DNA of 59,442 nt, filler included, from Ionaspis alba (Eukaryota), in NCBI GenBank assembly GCA_964255285.1. It is 2 parts of 2 records of this genome, joined end to end, with 100 filler letters (N's around TTAATTAATTAA, not from the genome) between each part and the next. Parts side by side here need not be neighbours in the genome. Positions count along the whole stretch, not along the records: positions 29,837 to 59,442 come from CAXUUL010000121.1; 1 more part is not named here. One strand, given 5' to 3'. Positions 36,751 to 50,905 of the stretch are shown here, in pieces. The number at the start of each line of letters is the position of its first letter. Position 1 is the first letter of the stretch. The notes under the pieces were generated by a model that saw nothing but the letters and a program-made list of their open reading frames with translations, made no database searches and was not told where the DNA came from. A program made the translations under genes and the position numbers.

Positions 36751-37120
36751 TCAGAGCTGGACAACGGGACAAGAGGCATTGCAGGACATTTGACAGGTGG
36801 TATTGATAGTTTCTGAACAGCGAGAAGGAAATGCTGGAGGATGGTGGAGCAAGGAGAAAGGATCGGTATGCTGATGGGTGGAAGATATATAAGGGAAAGT
36901 GGTGCATTGCCTGCAGCAAGCACGGGACAACGACGTGATGAGGAACCTTGCAAGAGAATGAACGGGCAAGACGTCTGGATTTGAAAAGACAGAAAGAGCG
37001 GGGCATCGTGACGAACGTGCAGTAATCGTGCCCGCAGGAGGAGCACTTTCTCTGCTCTGCTTTGTTCTTGGATTTGCGACAGAGGTGGCAGGTCCAGTCA
37101 CTGGGCGGCATGGGTCCCAT
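36751..37120 (-). CDS. Putative small zinc-ribbon protein
   Basis: WTCHLCRKSKNKAEQRKCSSCGHDYCT|QC; intron 37016..36911 (GTTCGT...CAG) completes an HxxCxxC motif. The branch point is weak. Confidence 0.4.
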
Positions 37121-37417
37121 GTTGATTCGTTCTTGATGTTTGGCATGGAGCTGATAAGACTTCAGAGCTCGATTGCTCTGGTGCAAGATCCAATGTGCAA
37201 ATTGTTGAAGATGTGTGATCGTGGTGAAGTCGAAGGATGGGCTATAGAATGAGCTTTATATCCTAAGACGCTAGGGTCTCACAGTCATATTCACGGAAGA
37301 AATATCGATTGCAGAGAACCGGCAGAGTCATGTCAATGGTGTGAATCTCATTCATCGTACTCATCTGTTTCTAGTGTCTTTTGTAATTCGAGAAACTGAA
37401 AAATGCCAGATGGTTAC

Positions 37418-39345
37418 CTAGATTTTGTCCAACAAAAATTCCTTACCATAACTGAGCGTTCGCCATCTCGAAGTAAAATCGTCTCGGTTGACTGCTAGAA
37501 TCAGTTGAAACCCCTTAATTTTTACATCGTGGAGCTTACGATATCCGCCACACATCCTTCTCTTGCCAGTGAAAGCCGTTCTACCATGCAGAATCCTCCA
37601 ATTGTCAAAGACTTCAAGGACTCTGTTAGTATTGGAGATAGGAGAGCAAAGTTGTTAGCTAGAATTGCATACTTAATGGTGTCCCAGGCCGCAATTGCTC
37701 AAGATATTCGCTACTTGGACGGCGGAGAATGTCCACCCAATGCCTTGCAGCATTGTACCAGTCGTTAATATCCTCTCCACCAGGAGACATCATCTTCATT
37801 CGTTCTCGATCACTATTGTTCCAGCGTATCTGATAGACCCATTTCTTTAGCCATTGGATGCCGAGGACTGGGAGTGCTTTGTAAGGCCGAATGCAGATAC
37901 CCTCATTCCCACTAGAATGATGGACGACGTTCTGGCTGCATCTCATTTCAGTAGTGCTCAAAGTAGACAACGAGCTCGCACAGTTTACGTAGTCAAAACA
38001 TGGAATGCTTTCGGGGATTCCGTCCTTAATATACTAGCAGCACGAAAACCGTCCACAAGTAGTGAGGATCCACCGCTGCCCTCCGAATGGGAGAGTAGGT
38101 GAAACATTTGATAGCCTGCAGGATCGGAGAAATAGGCAGTATCAGTATGGGCTTCCAGAGCCATTGAGGTGTAGGCTGTATCCTTGGATGACAGATCCGA
38201 CGTAAAATCCCAGAAACCTCCTGTTACGGAAATATCAATTCTCTAGGTCGAAGAGCAGTCACATACTGAAGGTTACCATAGTGTGTATGACGAATGAAAG
38301 CAATACGTTCCAAGAGCGCTTGAGTCGCAGAAGGAGTGATAGGACATCCTTCCACATAGCAGAAGCCATATTGCATCTGTAAGGACATTAGCGGTTCTTC
38401 AATTACTGAAGCGGAGGGAAGTACAATCATCGATGTCCAGGCTCTGACAGCTTCCTCGGAGTGCATGACGTTCTCATACTGAACAACGGGTGGTTGTCGT
38501 GCAATCTCATGACCCCAAAGAACGTATCTATCGGTGGTCGGTGGAAGCACTGCCATGTACAATAAAACGTACCTATGTGACTTGTCTAGGGTAGTGCCTC
38601 CTGGTTCTATACACAATCGCAACCATCTCCAAGGGTAAAAGCTTTGATGATCACCATGTGACCCTAGGGAATCAGATTCAATTCATCAAGCAAAACACAC
38701 GACTCACAAGTCACCTGCAGACCTTGCTCCTGCTCCACAACTTCCTGGGCGGTAATGTCGCCCGGTATCTTATGGCTGTCAGCGAGCATGTGACATCGAG
38801 AGTGAGCCTCATCGGGCTGCTCTCGTTAGGACGTTACAGAGATATACACTGAAAGTGTCTAACAATCGTTGTCGAGTCTGCTCATGCCGACATTCGCTGC
38901 ATCGACAATGGTCCCTTGACCAATTGTTATCAGCGAAAGATCAGACCTTACAGAGGTCATAACATGACTGACCTTAAGTACAAATTGCTCCTGGTTGTCC
39001 TGAATCAACCTTTGTTCTCCGGAAGCAGATATAAATATTCACTGACATGTTGATCTCTCTGGTGTCCCTCCACTGAACTCTAATGGACCCTGACTCCTTG
39101 CCGTTCCACCGCACGGTAGGTCGCTCATTGTCGAACGTGTCTTTCAACTTGTTTTTCTTTCCTCCGCTACCTCCGTCCAAATAGATGCGAGTTCCAGGGA
39201 ACCTCTGTGCACCAAACGGGCCACGGCTGTCACGATACAAACGGATCGAAAGCCACACCTTGGGATTATGAAAACGACGCGAAGGACGGAGACTACGAGA
39301 AGCGACCCGCCCTACAAGCGGAAGAATCACTCGTGAAGTATTCAT
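37418..39345 (-). CDS. Trimethyllysine dioxygenase (carnitine biosynthesis), predicted mitochondrial
   Basis: Arg-rich presequence, RDHCRC..C.HEQTRQRLLDTF, FIRHTHYG, DTAYTSMALEAHTDTAYFSDPAG, QIRWNNSDR, DNWRILHGRTAFTGKRRMCGGY|INRDDF. Multi-intron. Confidence 0.9.
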
Positions 39346-39608
39346 TTCCAGAACACCAGTTACAACATCGATCTTGGATTATCAGAAAGACAACTCGTGG
39401 ATCGCCGTAGATGCCCTGCATTCCTCTAGGAGCATCCCCGCTGTTCGTGCAGTTCAATGAATTCCAAGTATGCAATCGCAAACGAGTAGCAAGCGAAAGC
39501 GCATATACCACGCTAACCTTCCGTCCGAGCCAATTAGGTGAAGTATGATTTGGTCTACATGTGTTAGGTAGAATATAAGAAATCTTAAAGCAAATTTCTG
39601 ATCTATTG

Positions 39609-39680
39609 GGCACCTTGGCCTAATGGTAAGGCGTTGCTTTCCGGTGGCAAAGATTGTGGGTTCGAGTCCCATAGGTGTCG
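39609..39680 (+). tRNA. tRNA-Arg(CCG)
   Basis: Acceptor stem GGCACCT/AGGTGTC, anticodon arm TTGCT-TTCCGGT-GGCAA, T arm GTGGG-TTCGAGT-CCCAT, followed by a T-run terminator. 72 nt. Confidence 0.95.
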
Positions 39681-40197
39681 TTTTGCTTTTTTGAGTCGTA
39701 TTCTGATGTTTAGGAATCATTCTTTTGCACGGGAAAGATCTGGTTCGTCTGGAGAATGAAAATCTGGAAAGTGGTAGGTTACTTGGGAGGGTGTTCCAGG
39801 CCAAGAGTTGGCAAACCGTAGCGGAAGCTAAACGAGTTACAGGGCTCCTCACGTCAGTCCCTGAATAGAACCTAATCTACGGGAAGATTAGCAAATGTAC
39901 TGCTTGACCTGTATACTGTTGTAGCAATTTTACCGTGACTCTTTAGTGGGGACCTAGTCGAAAAGTGATACAAGGGCTCATCTAGGGCTGTTGAGCTCTG
40001 GAATCGGCTCAAGAATCAAAAGGCACTAATCCACAAGGCAAAATACGGAACGATACCGCATGGTCCATATACCGTAAGGAATATTACTATTGACTGCCAA
40101 GACATGGATACAGGAATCTCAAAGGTTTCTTCATTAGATTCAAAATAACCACGACAAGCCAATGCTCGATGTTTCTGTCCCGCAGTGCGTCCATATT

Positions 40198-41338
40198 TCA
40201 CAGCTTGCTCTTCCCACTAATACACTTCATCAGACCCCGTCCGTTGCTAAGCACCACCTTCCCTCCTTCGACCCTCGTCACGAATCGAATCTCCTCCCAC
40301 CCATCACTATTATCTCCAGTCCTCCACATCTCTGTGACCAACTTATCTCCTGGTTTCACAGGCGCAGCAAACCTCGCCTGAAATTCCTTGATATTGGCCG
40401 GATCACTCCCACCGAGTTCTTGAAGAAGTCCATGACAGGCAGCATTCCAAGAGAATAGTCCATGCATGATAGCGCCACCAAACCCCATTTTCTGACCAGG
40501 CTCAGGAGTCGCATGGAGAGGATTGTAGTCGCCGTTGAGTCTGACTTCCATTAGTACTTGCGCATCTGAAGAGTCTCGAAGGCCTCGATACCTGTACAGT
40601 AAGGCGGACTCGGCATTTGTCTGCATAACGTGCACTGCATCCGCTTTCCTTCCCTCTGGCGGCGGATAGTTGATAGTAGGCGGTCCTGCTCTCCATGTTA
40701 GCTCTTCCCGTATTGATGAGTCAAGATTCTCATTAACCAACCTTTCGGCCCACCCCAATTGCCCTGTCCAACATAGAAGCCACTTCCAAGCGCACGAGTA
40801 TAGATATCCCCTCCTTTCTCCGCGAGCACAGTCTCCGTCTCCACCACACTGCCGGCCTTTCCTTTGTCATACACACCGACGACCTTAGTCCGTAGCTCGA
40901 ATGTCCTCCCGTGGCTCGTCGGCGGTAGAGGTTTCAGAAATTGTATCGATCGTTGTCCGTCCACTACTCTTCTCGAGTCGAATTTCGGGACCCCAGGTAT
41001 AGGTGTGGCATTAGTTCGAGCATAGAAGTCTATGACTTCTTGATCCGTCTGTTTGAAGGCTGGAGGAGTGCTTCATCAGCTAAAGGGATGCTCCGCCAGG
41101 GAAACGTGGAAGCCTCACGGAGGATAATTGAATAGGTCGGGAAGACTTGGAAGTGCGGATGGAGTTCCTGGGAACGTCAGAAAGGAGCGCTCAACAGGTG
41201 AGACGAGGCAATAAGTACGTAGAGAAAGTGAAGCTCATCGGCTTTGCAGCCAATGCTGTTTGCAAAGAGGAGGACATCTCGCTTCAGCCAAGAGACTTCC
41301 TGGCGTGGATACTCGAAGCCTGTACCTGGACCGCTCAT
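40198..41338 (-). CDS. Peroxisomal MaoC-like dehydratase (enoyl-CoA hydratase 2)
   Basis: WLKRDVLLFANSIG, VVDGQRSI, YDKGKAG, YR|LNGDYNPLH, AIMHGL; C-terminal PTS1 SKL. Confidence 0.92.
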
Positions 41339-41765
41339 AGTTGCAGCTGTCGAAGCAACAGAAGACCGCAGCTCGGGATCTGTTCAAAATCCTGGAAGAT
41401 CCTGAAAGAAAGTCCATTCGACGGAGGGCTAAAAGCGCAGGCCATCAAGGGAGACAGCCCCAATGTGGGGTAGCATAACATGTCCGAGCCGACAACCGAC
41501 CTTGCCCTGATGATTAGCGGGATGCCAAGGTGCGGGAAGATCTCGGAGCCGATGACTCGAGGATGGGCACGAACGTGACTCAAGCACTGACGCACACTGT
41601 TTTTGGATTGAACAGTAAGTAGAGGGCGCATCATGAGGGTTTGCTGAATACAAAAGGTCAAGAACCATCCCTCCTACAATTGACTTCTGCACTTTAGGGT
41701 CACAAAAACATTCATGCGATTCAATTGATTGTTTCTATAAATCTGATATACAGCACCTTTCGATC

Positions 41766-42333
41766 ATGAACCCAGTCTACTTCTGGCGCGAGTTCGAAGA
41801 CGCGCCGAATAACTTTCTCTCCCAATGGTATGGCGCAGCTTTCACCGCCCCCACACCCTCCGACCCTAAAGAAACCATGATCTTCCGAACAACCGAGCAG
41901 TATATGATGTACCACAAAGCCATACTGTTCGGCGATGAAGAAACTGCCGATAAGATCATGAAAGCTGAGACACCCAAAGAACAGAAAGCACTGGGAAGGA
42001 AGGTCAAGGGATTTGAAGGGGGAAAGTGGGATGCGAATAAAAGCCGGATTGTGGAGGATGGTAATTGGTACAAGTTCAATAACCAGACTAAAGAAAAGGG
42101 ATTGAAGGATCAGCTGCTCGAGACTGGGCAGAGGGAACTCGTCGAGGTAGAAAGTCGTATAGCACCCGCTGCTGGTGAACGCTGACTCTTCTCAGGCATC
42201 TCCCTTCGACAGGATATGGGGTGTTGGCTATTCGGCGGCAAACGCAGAAGCCAATAGAGACAAGTGGGGAGAGAACCTGCTCGGAAAAGCTCTGATGAAT
42301 GTCAGGCAGCGCTTACAAGACCAAAAGAAGTGA
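41766..42333 (+). CDS. NADAR (YbiA/DUF1768) family protein
   Basis: FLSQWY, TTEQYMMYHKAILFGD, KALGRKVKGF, GNWYKF, LLETGQRELVE|ASPFDRIWGVG, WGENLLGKALM. Intron 42147-42196; the start may lie further upstream. Confidence 0.92.
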
Positions 42334-42621
42334 GCTTCGGCTTGTGACAGTGGTGGCGGCAAGGAGGGATCGCACGTTTGTGTTTTCCGGAGAACCAAGT
42401 GTTTCAAGGTGCAACTTTCGTAGGTTTGAACCGAGAATGAAGCAGTATGGATATCTCTGACTGTAATCTGAACGTCTAAATGCAAGTCGTACATGAAAGC
42501 AAATCGCATGGTTCGCCAACGTACTCGCTATGCAAAGCATTCGACACAAACCTAATAGAAGCTCTACGCTTGTCCCGATCGAAACGCCATGACTTGTTGA
42601 AGGGACCCCCAGGTTAAGTTA

Positions 42622-43999
<1,378 letters not shown>

Positions 44000-44832
44000 T
44001 GTTACGAGGAATAGCCGGAAGTTCTGGGGGTTGGATATTGCTCGATTTCAAGCAATTTATCATAAAAGTTGACACTGCATCTTGGTAATGGTCGAGTTCA
44101 GTAGAAACTCAGGTCCGCGCCGATCATTATTTTTGCGCGCGATATCCAAGGATCTTGAAGGAAGAGAAGCTAGTAAAGTTAGCGAGGACCCTGCGCTGCC
44201 AAGGGTCCGATACTTACACAGGTCCAGACTGCCTTAAACAACACCTGTTCAACTGATGACCAGATCTTTCAAATCCCCTCACAAAATGAGGCCCACAGGA
44301 TGCATACGCTTCAGTCAATGCCCAGCAACTTCCTCATCTACCAAAATCGGAGCTGCATGTTGCAATGATCGGGTTGAGTCGGTTACCTTAGACAGCAGAT
44401 TTCCACATCCTGCCTTGATTTGATCCACTCCTCCTACTCCATGAAATCATGGTGGAAAGGTCCAATATCTTGTTCTACACAGTTGTTGGAAGAGTTGGGC
44501 CAAACCTGGCGAGATCAACTCCCTTTCTCATACTATCGCTTTTTATAATCTTTTTGCAAAATTTTATTTGTTGACGACCTCCATATCTTGATATTATTAT
44601 GAACACTCCTTGTGGAGAGTCAAACATGCCCACATGATGAATAGGAAATGCCTCGATGTGAAATAATGCTAGCAACTGATTATTCTATGGCGACTCCCTA
44701 AGACTGCTATGTTTCCTTGGATTTGACAGCAGGGTCAAAATTAAGCAAAGCCAACGAAGTTAGGTCAAAATATTGCACATCACTAACGTCATCTTCAATA
44801 TTCATTGCTGGAAGCTTTGGACCAGCTCTTTC

Positions 44833-45982
44833 ATGATCATATCAACAAGATCTCAAATCGTTGGCTCTGCTGTAGATGCAGTAAAGACACGCAGCTGGTT
44901 GTATTTCAAAGATGCCAACCTCGCATTGGCTTTTGAGCTGGCATTCACAAACAATCTGGAGGTTCTGAGAGATACTTTACGAGAAGCCCAGAAGACCCCA
45001 GAATGCATAATTGCCTTCAATGAATAGAAGTAAGTCTTATCAATCTAAGTTTAGCAGAAGGAAGCTAGCTGTTCAATAGCACCAGGACAGGCTCCTATGT
45101 GTTCGCTTTGGAGGTAATGTCAGTCGATGACTGTCAAAGTTCAGGGTATTGGATAGCTGGGGATACCAGCAATTTTTTATTGTATGTAATACCTAGCTAA
45201 TCCTTCCGTAGTTCACTAAGTCTTATTTTCTTATTTTCACAATGATTTGGACCTCTATACAATAGCTATGACTAAAGTCTACAAAGATTTCATCGCCATC
45301 GGTCAACACCCTATGATGGAGAAGAGAGCGAGGAACAAAGCGTTCTGTCTTCATCTCGCGGCTAGAATCTCGGACGAGCGAGAGGCGACAGATGAATATC
45401 TGGAAGACGAAATTGCTGGAGGAGTTGAAGACAACGAAGGAGCCGCGCTATTCAGGGTTTGCGTTGATATGACAGCTGTTCAGAAAGAACAGCTGTACTT
45501 GAAGCTAGGAAATGAATACAGTGCGGAGAGAAAGAACAGGGAAAGAAGGCTGTGACAACGAGGAAGGGTACTGGACTTGCTACCATCCTTTAGTTCCATG
45601 CGATGTAACTCTGACTGGGAGCTAGGGAGCAGGAACTCGCTCTCAGATTCCAAGTGCAACCGTGGCAAGCAGGGGAGGAGAGTAGGGACGTCAAGCAGGA
45701 GTGAGTGAAGAATCCCATCCTTCACCCTAAGCTGTGCAACGCTGATTGAACCTCAGCTACAGATCATCAGAAACCGGGCACTGCCAGCAAAGGGAATTCA
45801 ACAGAGGGGCCAAACGCTCTTCTTTGTCTGGAGATCTGACGCTACCATCTTCGCAACCTTCAGACCGGGACACTCAAGCATACAATCCAGTAGCAAAGCG
45901 AGCGAGGATAGGATCGGACAAAGTAGGAGGAAGGGCAGAGAGCAGGGTGGGCACAGCGACAATGGCAGAGCAGCATGAGTAG
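44833..45982 (+). pseudogene. Decayed three-exon gene of unknown family
   Basis: Recognisable introns 45030-45079 and 45114-45211. In-frame TAG 45025 and TGA 45553/45706. An 8-bp duplication at 45221-45236 shifts the frame. Boundaries approximate. Confidence 0.55.
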
Positions 45983-46851
45983 CTAGGGTTGGGTGTAAAA
46001 CCAATCTTGTACTTAAATCACTCTGAACTTTCGCGAAGTCTTCATGGCGATCGGACATATTACCACTGTGCTGACCTTTAGTTAGAAGTCGTTATTAGGA
46101 AAGAATATGTACGTTCTGTAGGATTCCAGGGGGTTTAGATCACGTGGAACGCTACAAATTATGTGTATACATAACCTGAGTCTTCTTTACAACACAACTT
46201 CAGTTCTCTTTCCCTACAATTCCAGCTTTGTGTCTCGAGAGTAATTGATTTCTATTTTCAACGCTCCTTCCCGGAGGTGAATCACTCAATCGTTAACGCG
46301 GTCTATGAGGCACAATGTTACAGGCTCGTAATACTCTGCAGATCCCAAGCTTGGTGGACCGTAGGTATGGGAAAATAAAATGCTGAGGGAATACCAAAAA
46401 CAACCAACTATTATTGTGGCAATTATGCTTTCGGCAACGACTTAAGTTACCCCCACACCCGGCTTGCAAAAAAATGTTGGCAAATACACATTTGTCTTAA
46501 AGGGCCTTATATTGAGTTCTCACCCTTCGGCTTGCGAAGAAAAATTGGCAAACCAAAAAAGCTTGTATTAAAATTTACGTAGAAAGTAATAGTTTTGAGC
46601 ATCTGAAGGCCGCCTTTCTCGAGGGGAAAATCCCTCGGGGGAAGTTGTGGGGTTGGAAAAAACAGGTGGGATCCTCCCTAAGGCTTCCCTGTTCATTAGG
46701 GATTATGCTAGATGTGTAGCGGCAACGAAACATGGTCATGCGTGAAGAAAATTGAACCGGTAATTCACTTTGTTGAAAAGACAAATCCATCAAAAGAAAA
46801 GAATACATTGATTCCACAATGAGAGGATGCAAAATAGAAGCCAAAAAGCGA

Positions 46852-46940
46852 TGGAGAATCGGGTGATCGAAACCCGGGCCTTCCGCATCATAGATTTGAA
46901 TACATGCAAAGCGGACGCTCTACCACTGAGCCAATTCCCC
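46852..46940 (-). tRNA. tRNA-Ala(TGC) with a 17-nt intron
   Basis: GGGGAAT/ATTCTCC acceptor stem with G3:U70, anticodon TGC at 46908-46906, intron 46904..46888 after position 37, T arm CGGGT-TTCGATC-ACCCG. Confidence 0.95.
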
Positions 46941-47440
46941 AATTCATTTTGAAAATTGTTTTAATCTGTATTGTAAACTGCAAACTTATTGATGCTTTCA
47001 TATTGATTTTCCAAAAAATCCCGGCAAACCGAAACTCGAGGCCGAGGCGCACGTGTAAAGCTCAATGCATCGCAAAATCTACCCTCCTCATACCGAGCAT
47101 AAACCATTATAATTGAGCCAATCCCGAATGCTTGGATTAACTCCTGTAAAGACTATAGCTCTACCTCCATGTTCTACAAAGGAGCTTAAGAAATTAACCT
47201 ATATTTTTGTTTAGATTTCTGTTGTGCGCGAAATTGTGAGGGTTCTAGACTGATTTGCGGTGCAGCAAATATTGCAACGCCACCCTCGGACTGACTTTAT
47301 TTGCCATGCGGCGCTAGCATTAGCCGAGGCACATCATCCGCGGATTAGCCGAAGACGCGGTGCGCCGCTTTTTACTCAGGAGGCCATTTGTGGTGTTTGA
47401 GTGCGATGTAGATTGATGTATATAGTAGTTGATCGAGAAC

Positions 47441-48602
47441 ATGATTGTTAGACAGCTTCCCAGACAGACCTTACGAGCTCTTGCCACGCTTCTTCCTGTC
47501 TATAACTTGATTGGATCTGTGTCAGGCTCTCTGGGAGATAGACTGCCAGACTTTCGGAATTGTCTTTCAGTAAAGCACGCGCACTCGAGCTTGCTTGCAT
47601 TAGCCCGCTGACAGTAGGCAGATATGCATTGAGGAGAACTGCCAGCAAGGAGACTCGGTCATTCGTGAGTTGTATCACGATTGTGGAACAAGTTATGCGC
47701 TGATCTGTGCGGTCTAGCTTTATCCCTCCGCCTTCTTCTGTGGACTTGCCCCTCCAATTGCGATTATGTCTGTCAGCATATCATCACCGATAAGCGTGTG
47801 TCGAGGGACCCGCCTATGCTGAATCCAATTGTCCAATACCATGGCAAATGGCCCTTCCATCGATTCATGGGCTTGCAAGAGCCATTCTCTGTACTATTCT
47901 CCCTCTTCAACTTCCTCGCTCATCAGCACGGGCTCAACCAGATTCGCTCGACGATTCCGAAAGACTACCCCCTTAGGAAATACTATATTGCCTTTAGCTA
48001 TTTCGGATTGGCCAGTTGGACGTTCAGCATGATCTTCCACACACGAGACTTCAACTTGACAGAAAAGCTGGACTACTTTGCGGCAGGCGCTAGCATTCTT
48101 TACGGTCTGTACTATACTCCAATCAGGATATTCCGATTGGATCAGCAGACGCCGCCGGTCAAACCCACCCTACTACGACTGTGGACACTGACTTGTGCGC
48201 TGTTGTTCATTGCTCATGTTTCATATCTTACGTTGTGGAGTTGGGACTATACATACAACATGGCGGCCAATGTTGCCACTGGGATTGTGCAAAATTTGTT
48301 GTGGAGTTGGTTCAGCGTGACCCGATACCAGAAGCTGAAGAAACCGTGGGCAGCATGGCCAGGATTGATTGTAGCATGGATTATACTTGCGATGAGTCTA
48401 GAGCTTTTGGATTTCCCTCCAATTTGGGGCATGGTTGATGCGCATAGCCTGTGGCATCTAGGAACGGTTGGACCCACGGTTTGGTGGTACAAGTAAGTAC
48501 GCCGTCGGTTTGCTTTTGGATGTCAAGCTGATATGAGATACGTGCAGTTTTCTGGTCAAGGACGCGCAGCAAGATATGGCTGGAGAGCGTCTGAAGGCTT
48601 GA
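47441..48602 (+). CDS. PER1: GPI lipid remodelling protein Per1 (PGAP3)
   Basis: SLGDRLPDF..C, LLWTCPSNCDYVCQH, QYHGKWPF.R..GLQEPFSVLFS, FHTRD..LTEKLDYF, LELLDFPP...VDAHSLWH. Three introns. Confidence 0.95.
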
Positions 48603-48963
48603 TCATGTAGCTATAAAATTCCAGACCTTCTCTGACGTGTCACGCATCATTCTCACCGCTCCTCTGGTTCTTGGTTATCAGTGTGCTTTGACGTTTTGAC
48701 AGTTGGGGAAATGTCCACCCCCACACGATTTGCGCATGGACGCGCGCATTCCGCTATCCGAAACCCATGGTCCGAGCTCACACGCTAACGATTGAGTTTT
48801 CCCGATGTGCACTAGTGATAAAAGCAAGCCGCGGGGCTGGTCAGCCAAAGGGCGTTGGTTTCGCATTGATTTTCAGGCACCAAAAACCCTCCGCCTTCTC
48901 CACTACTTTGTCTCATCAATTCGCGCAGCCTTGTCATCGTGAACAGTCCAGGCTCATTGAAGC

Positions 48964-50905
48964 ATGGCATCGAAAGACAGCATCGTCTCGGCTTCGGCCA
49001 AGTTTCCAAAGCCTGCTGAGAACACCTTTCAGTACGGAACAGCTGGTGTGAGTCTCTCACTTCCCCACAAAGTTTCGTGCCTGAGGTTGACGTGACGAAT
49101 GAAACAGTTTCGTATGAAAGCGTATGCACAACCACCTCTACCTCCACGTCCGTCGCAATACGCCCTATAATGACTATATTGAGAGCCTACAGCTAATGAA
49201 AACAATGATGGCAGCAAACTCCTCGATTCTGTTGTCTTCCGCGTTGGACTACTCGCAGCCTTGAGGTCCAAAAAGTTGAACGGGCAGATCATTGGTGTCA
49301 TGATAACGGCTAGTCACAACCCACCTGATGACAACGGTGTCAAGCTGGTCGATCCCATGGTACGTGGTCTGAATTGTCACAGAAATCTAGCTTCTGACCT
49401 TGTTGTCGTTAGGGCGAAATGCTCGAGGTACGCATACATTACATGAATGCCATTAACGGAGCTAAGGATGAAACAGTCTTCATGGGAGGTACATGCGACT
49501 AGATTGGCAAATGCTCCATCCGATGAAGCCGTGTTTGAAGTCTACGACGGCCTTATCAAGGAACTTAGCATCAAGACAGAGGTTCAACCAAGAGTTATCT
49601 TTGCTCGCGACACTCGCGCCTCTGGGCCCCGCCTTGTCACAGCTCTCACCGAGGCTCTCAAGGCCACTGACACCGATTACACCGACTACAAGATCCTAAC
49701 AACTCCTCAACTACATTACTTGACTCGTTGCCTAAACACGAAGGGAACACCCTTCGAATATGGTGAGCCTACAGAGAAAGGATACTACGAGAAGACTGCA
49801 GCTGCCTTCAAGACCGCAATGAAAGGGCGAAGGCCGGCGGGAAGTGTCACTGTCGACTGTGCCAACGGTGTTGGTGGACCAAAATTGCAAGAGCTGGTCA
49901 AATACCTGCCGTCTGCAGCTGAAGGTGGAGTTGACATCAAGGTTGTCAACGATGACGTTTTACAGCCAGACTTACTCAATCATCAGGTACAACCCAACGA
50001 CTGCTTGCATTTTGTTCAATTCTGGACGCTAAATACATGGATCTTAGTGCGGAGCCGATTATGTCAAAACAGGCCAAAGAGCACCGCCTTCATCCAAAGC
50101 TGCTAAAATGACACGATGTGCGTCTCTCGACGGCGATGCTGATCGGATAGTCTACTACTTCATTGATCAGGATGACACATTCCGTTTGCTGGACGGCGAC
50201 CGAATCGCCACCCTTGCCGCCCTGTTTATCGGCGATCTTGCTAAGAGCGCGGGGCTTTCCGAGAAACTAAAGGTGGGTGTGGTGCAGACTGCATACGCCA
50301 ACGGAGCCAGCACGGACTACATCACCTCGCATCTCAGGTTGCCTGTCGTATGTACTCCCACTGGTGTCAAGCATCTGCACCATGCTGCCACCAAGTTCGA
50401 CGTGGGGGTATACTTCGAAGCCAATGGACACGGCACTGTGGTCTTCTCTGATGTCGCCTTGAAGAGGATCAATAAGTACGAGCCTAAGTCCCCGGCCCAA
50501 GCCGAAGCACTCAACACCCTGCGTGCCCTTACACAATTGATCAATCAAACAGTCGGCGATGCGCTGTCGGATCTTCTGCTCGTCGAGGTCATCCTTGCGC
50601 ACAAGAATTGGGGACCCAAGCAATGGGATCTGACCTACACTGACTTGCCAAACCGCTTAGTCCGTATCGAGGTTCATGATCGCAACATCTTCAAGACTGT
50701 AGATGCGGAAAGGAAGCTTGAGAGCCCACCAGGCGTTCAAGGGCAGATTGATGCTCTTGTCGGCAAATACAAGAATGGCCGGAGTTTTGCAAGAGCCAGT
50801 GGTACTGAAGATGCTGTACGTGTCTACGCTGAGGCTGCAACACGCGGCGAGGCGGATGACTTGGCTAGCAAAGTCGCTGGTATTGTTAAGCAAGCTGGTG
50901 CTTAG
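48964..50905 (+). CDS. PCM1: Phosphoacetylglucosamine mutase
   Basis: [74 protein letters not shown]. Five introns. Confidence 0.97.

Noticed and set aside
39454..39852. 132-aa minus-strand ORF
   Set aside because: Runs antisense through tRNA-Arg; spurious.
46645..46680. 5S rRNA-like segment (GGAAAA..ACAGG..GGATCC)
   Set aside because: Resemblance is too short; no 5S termini or internal control boxes.
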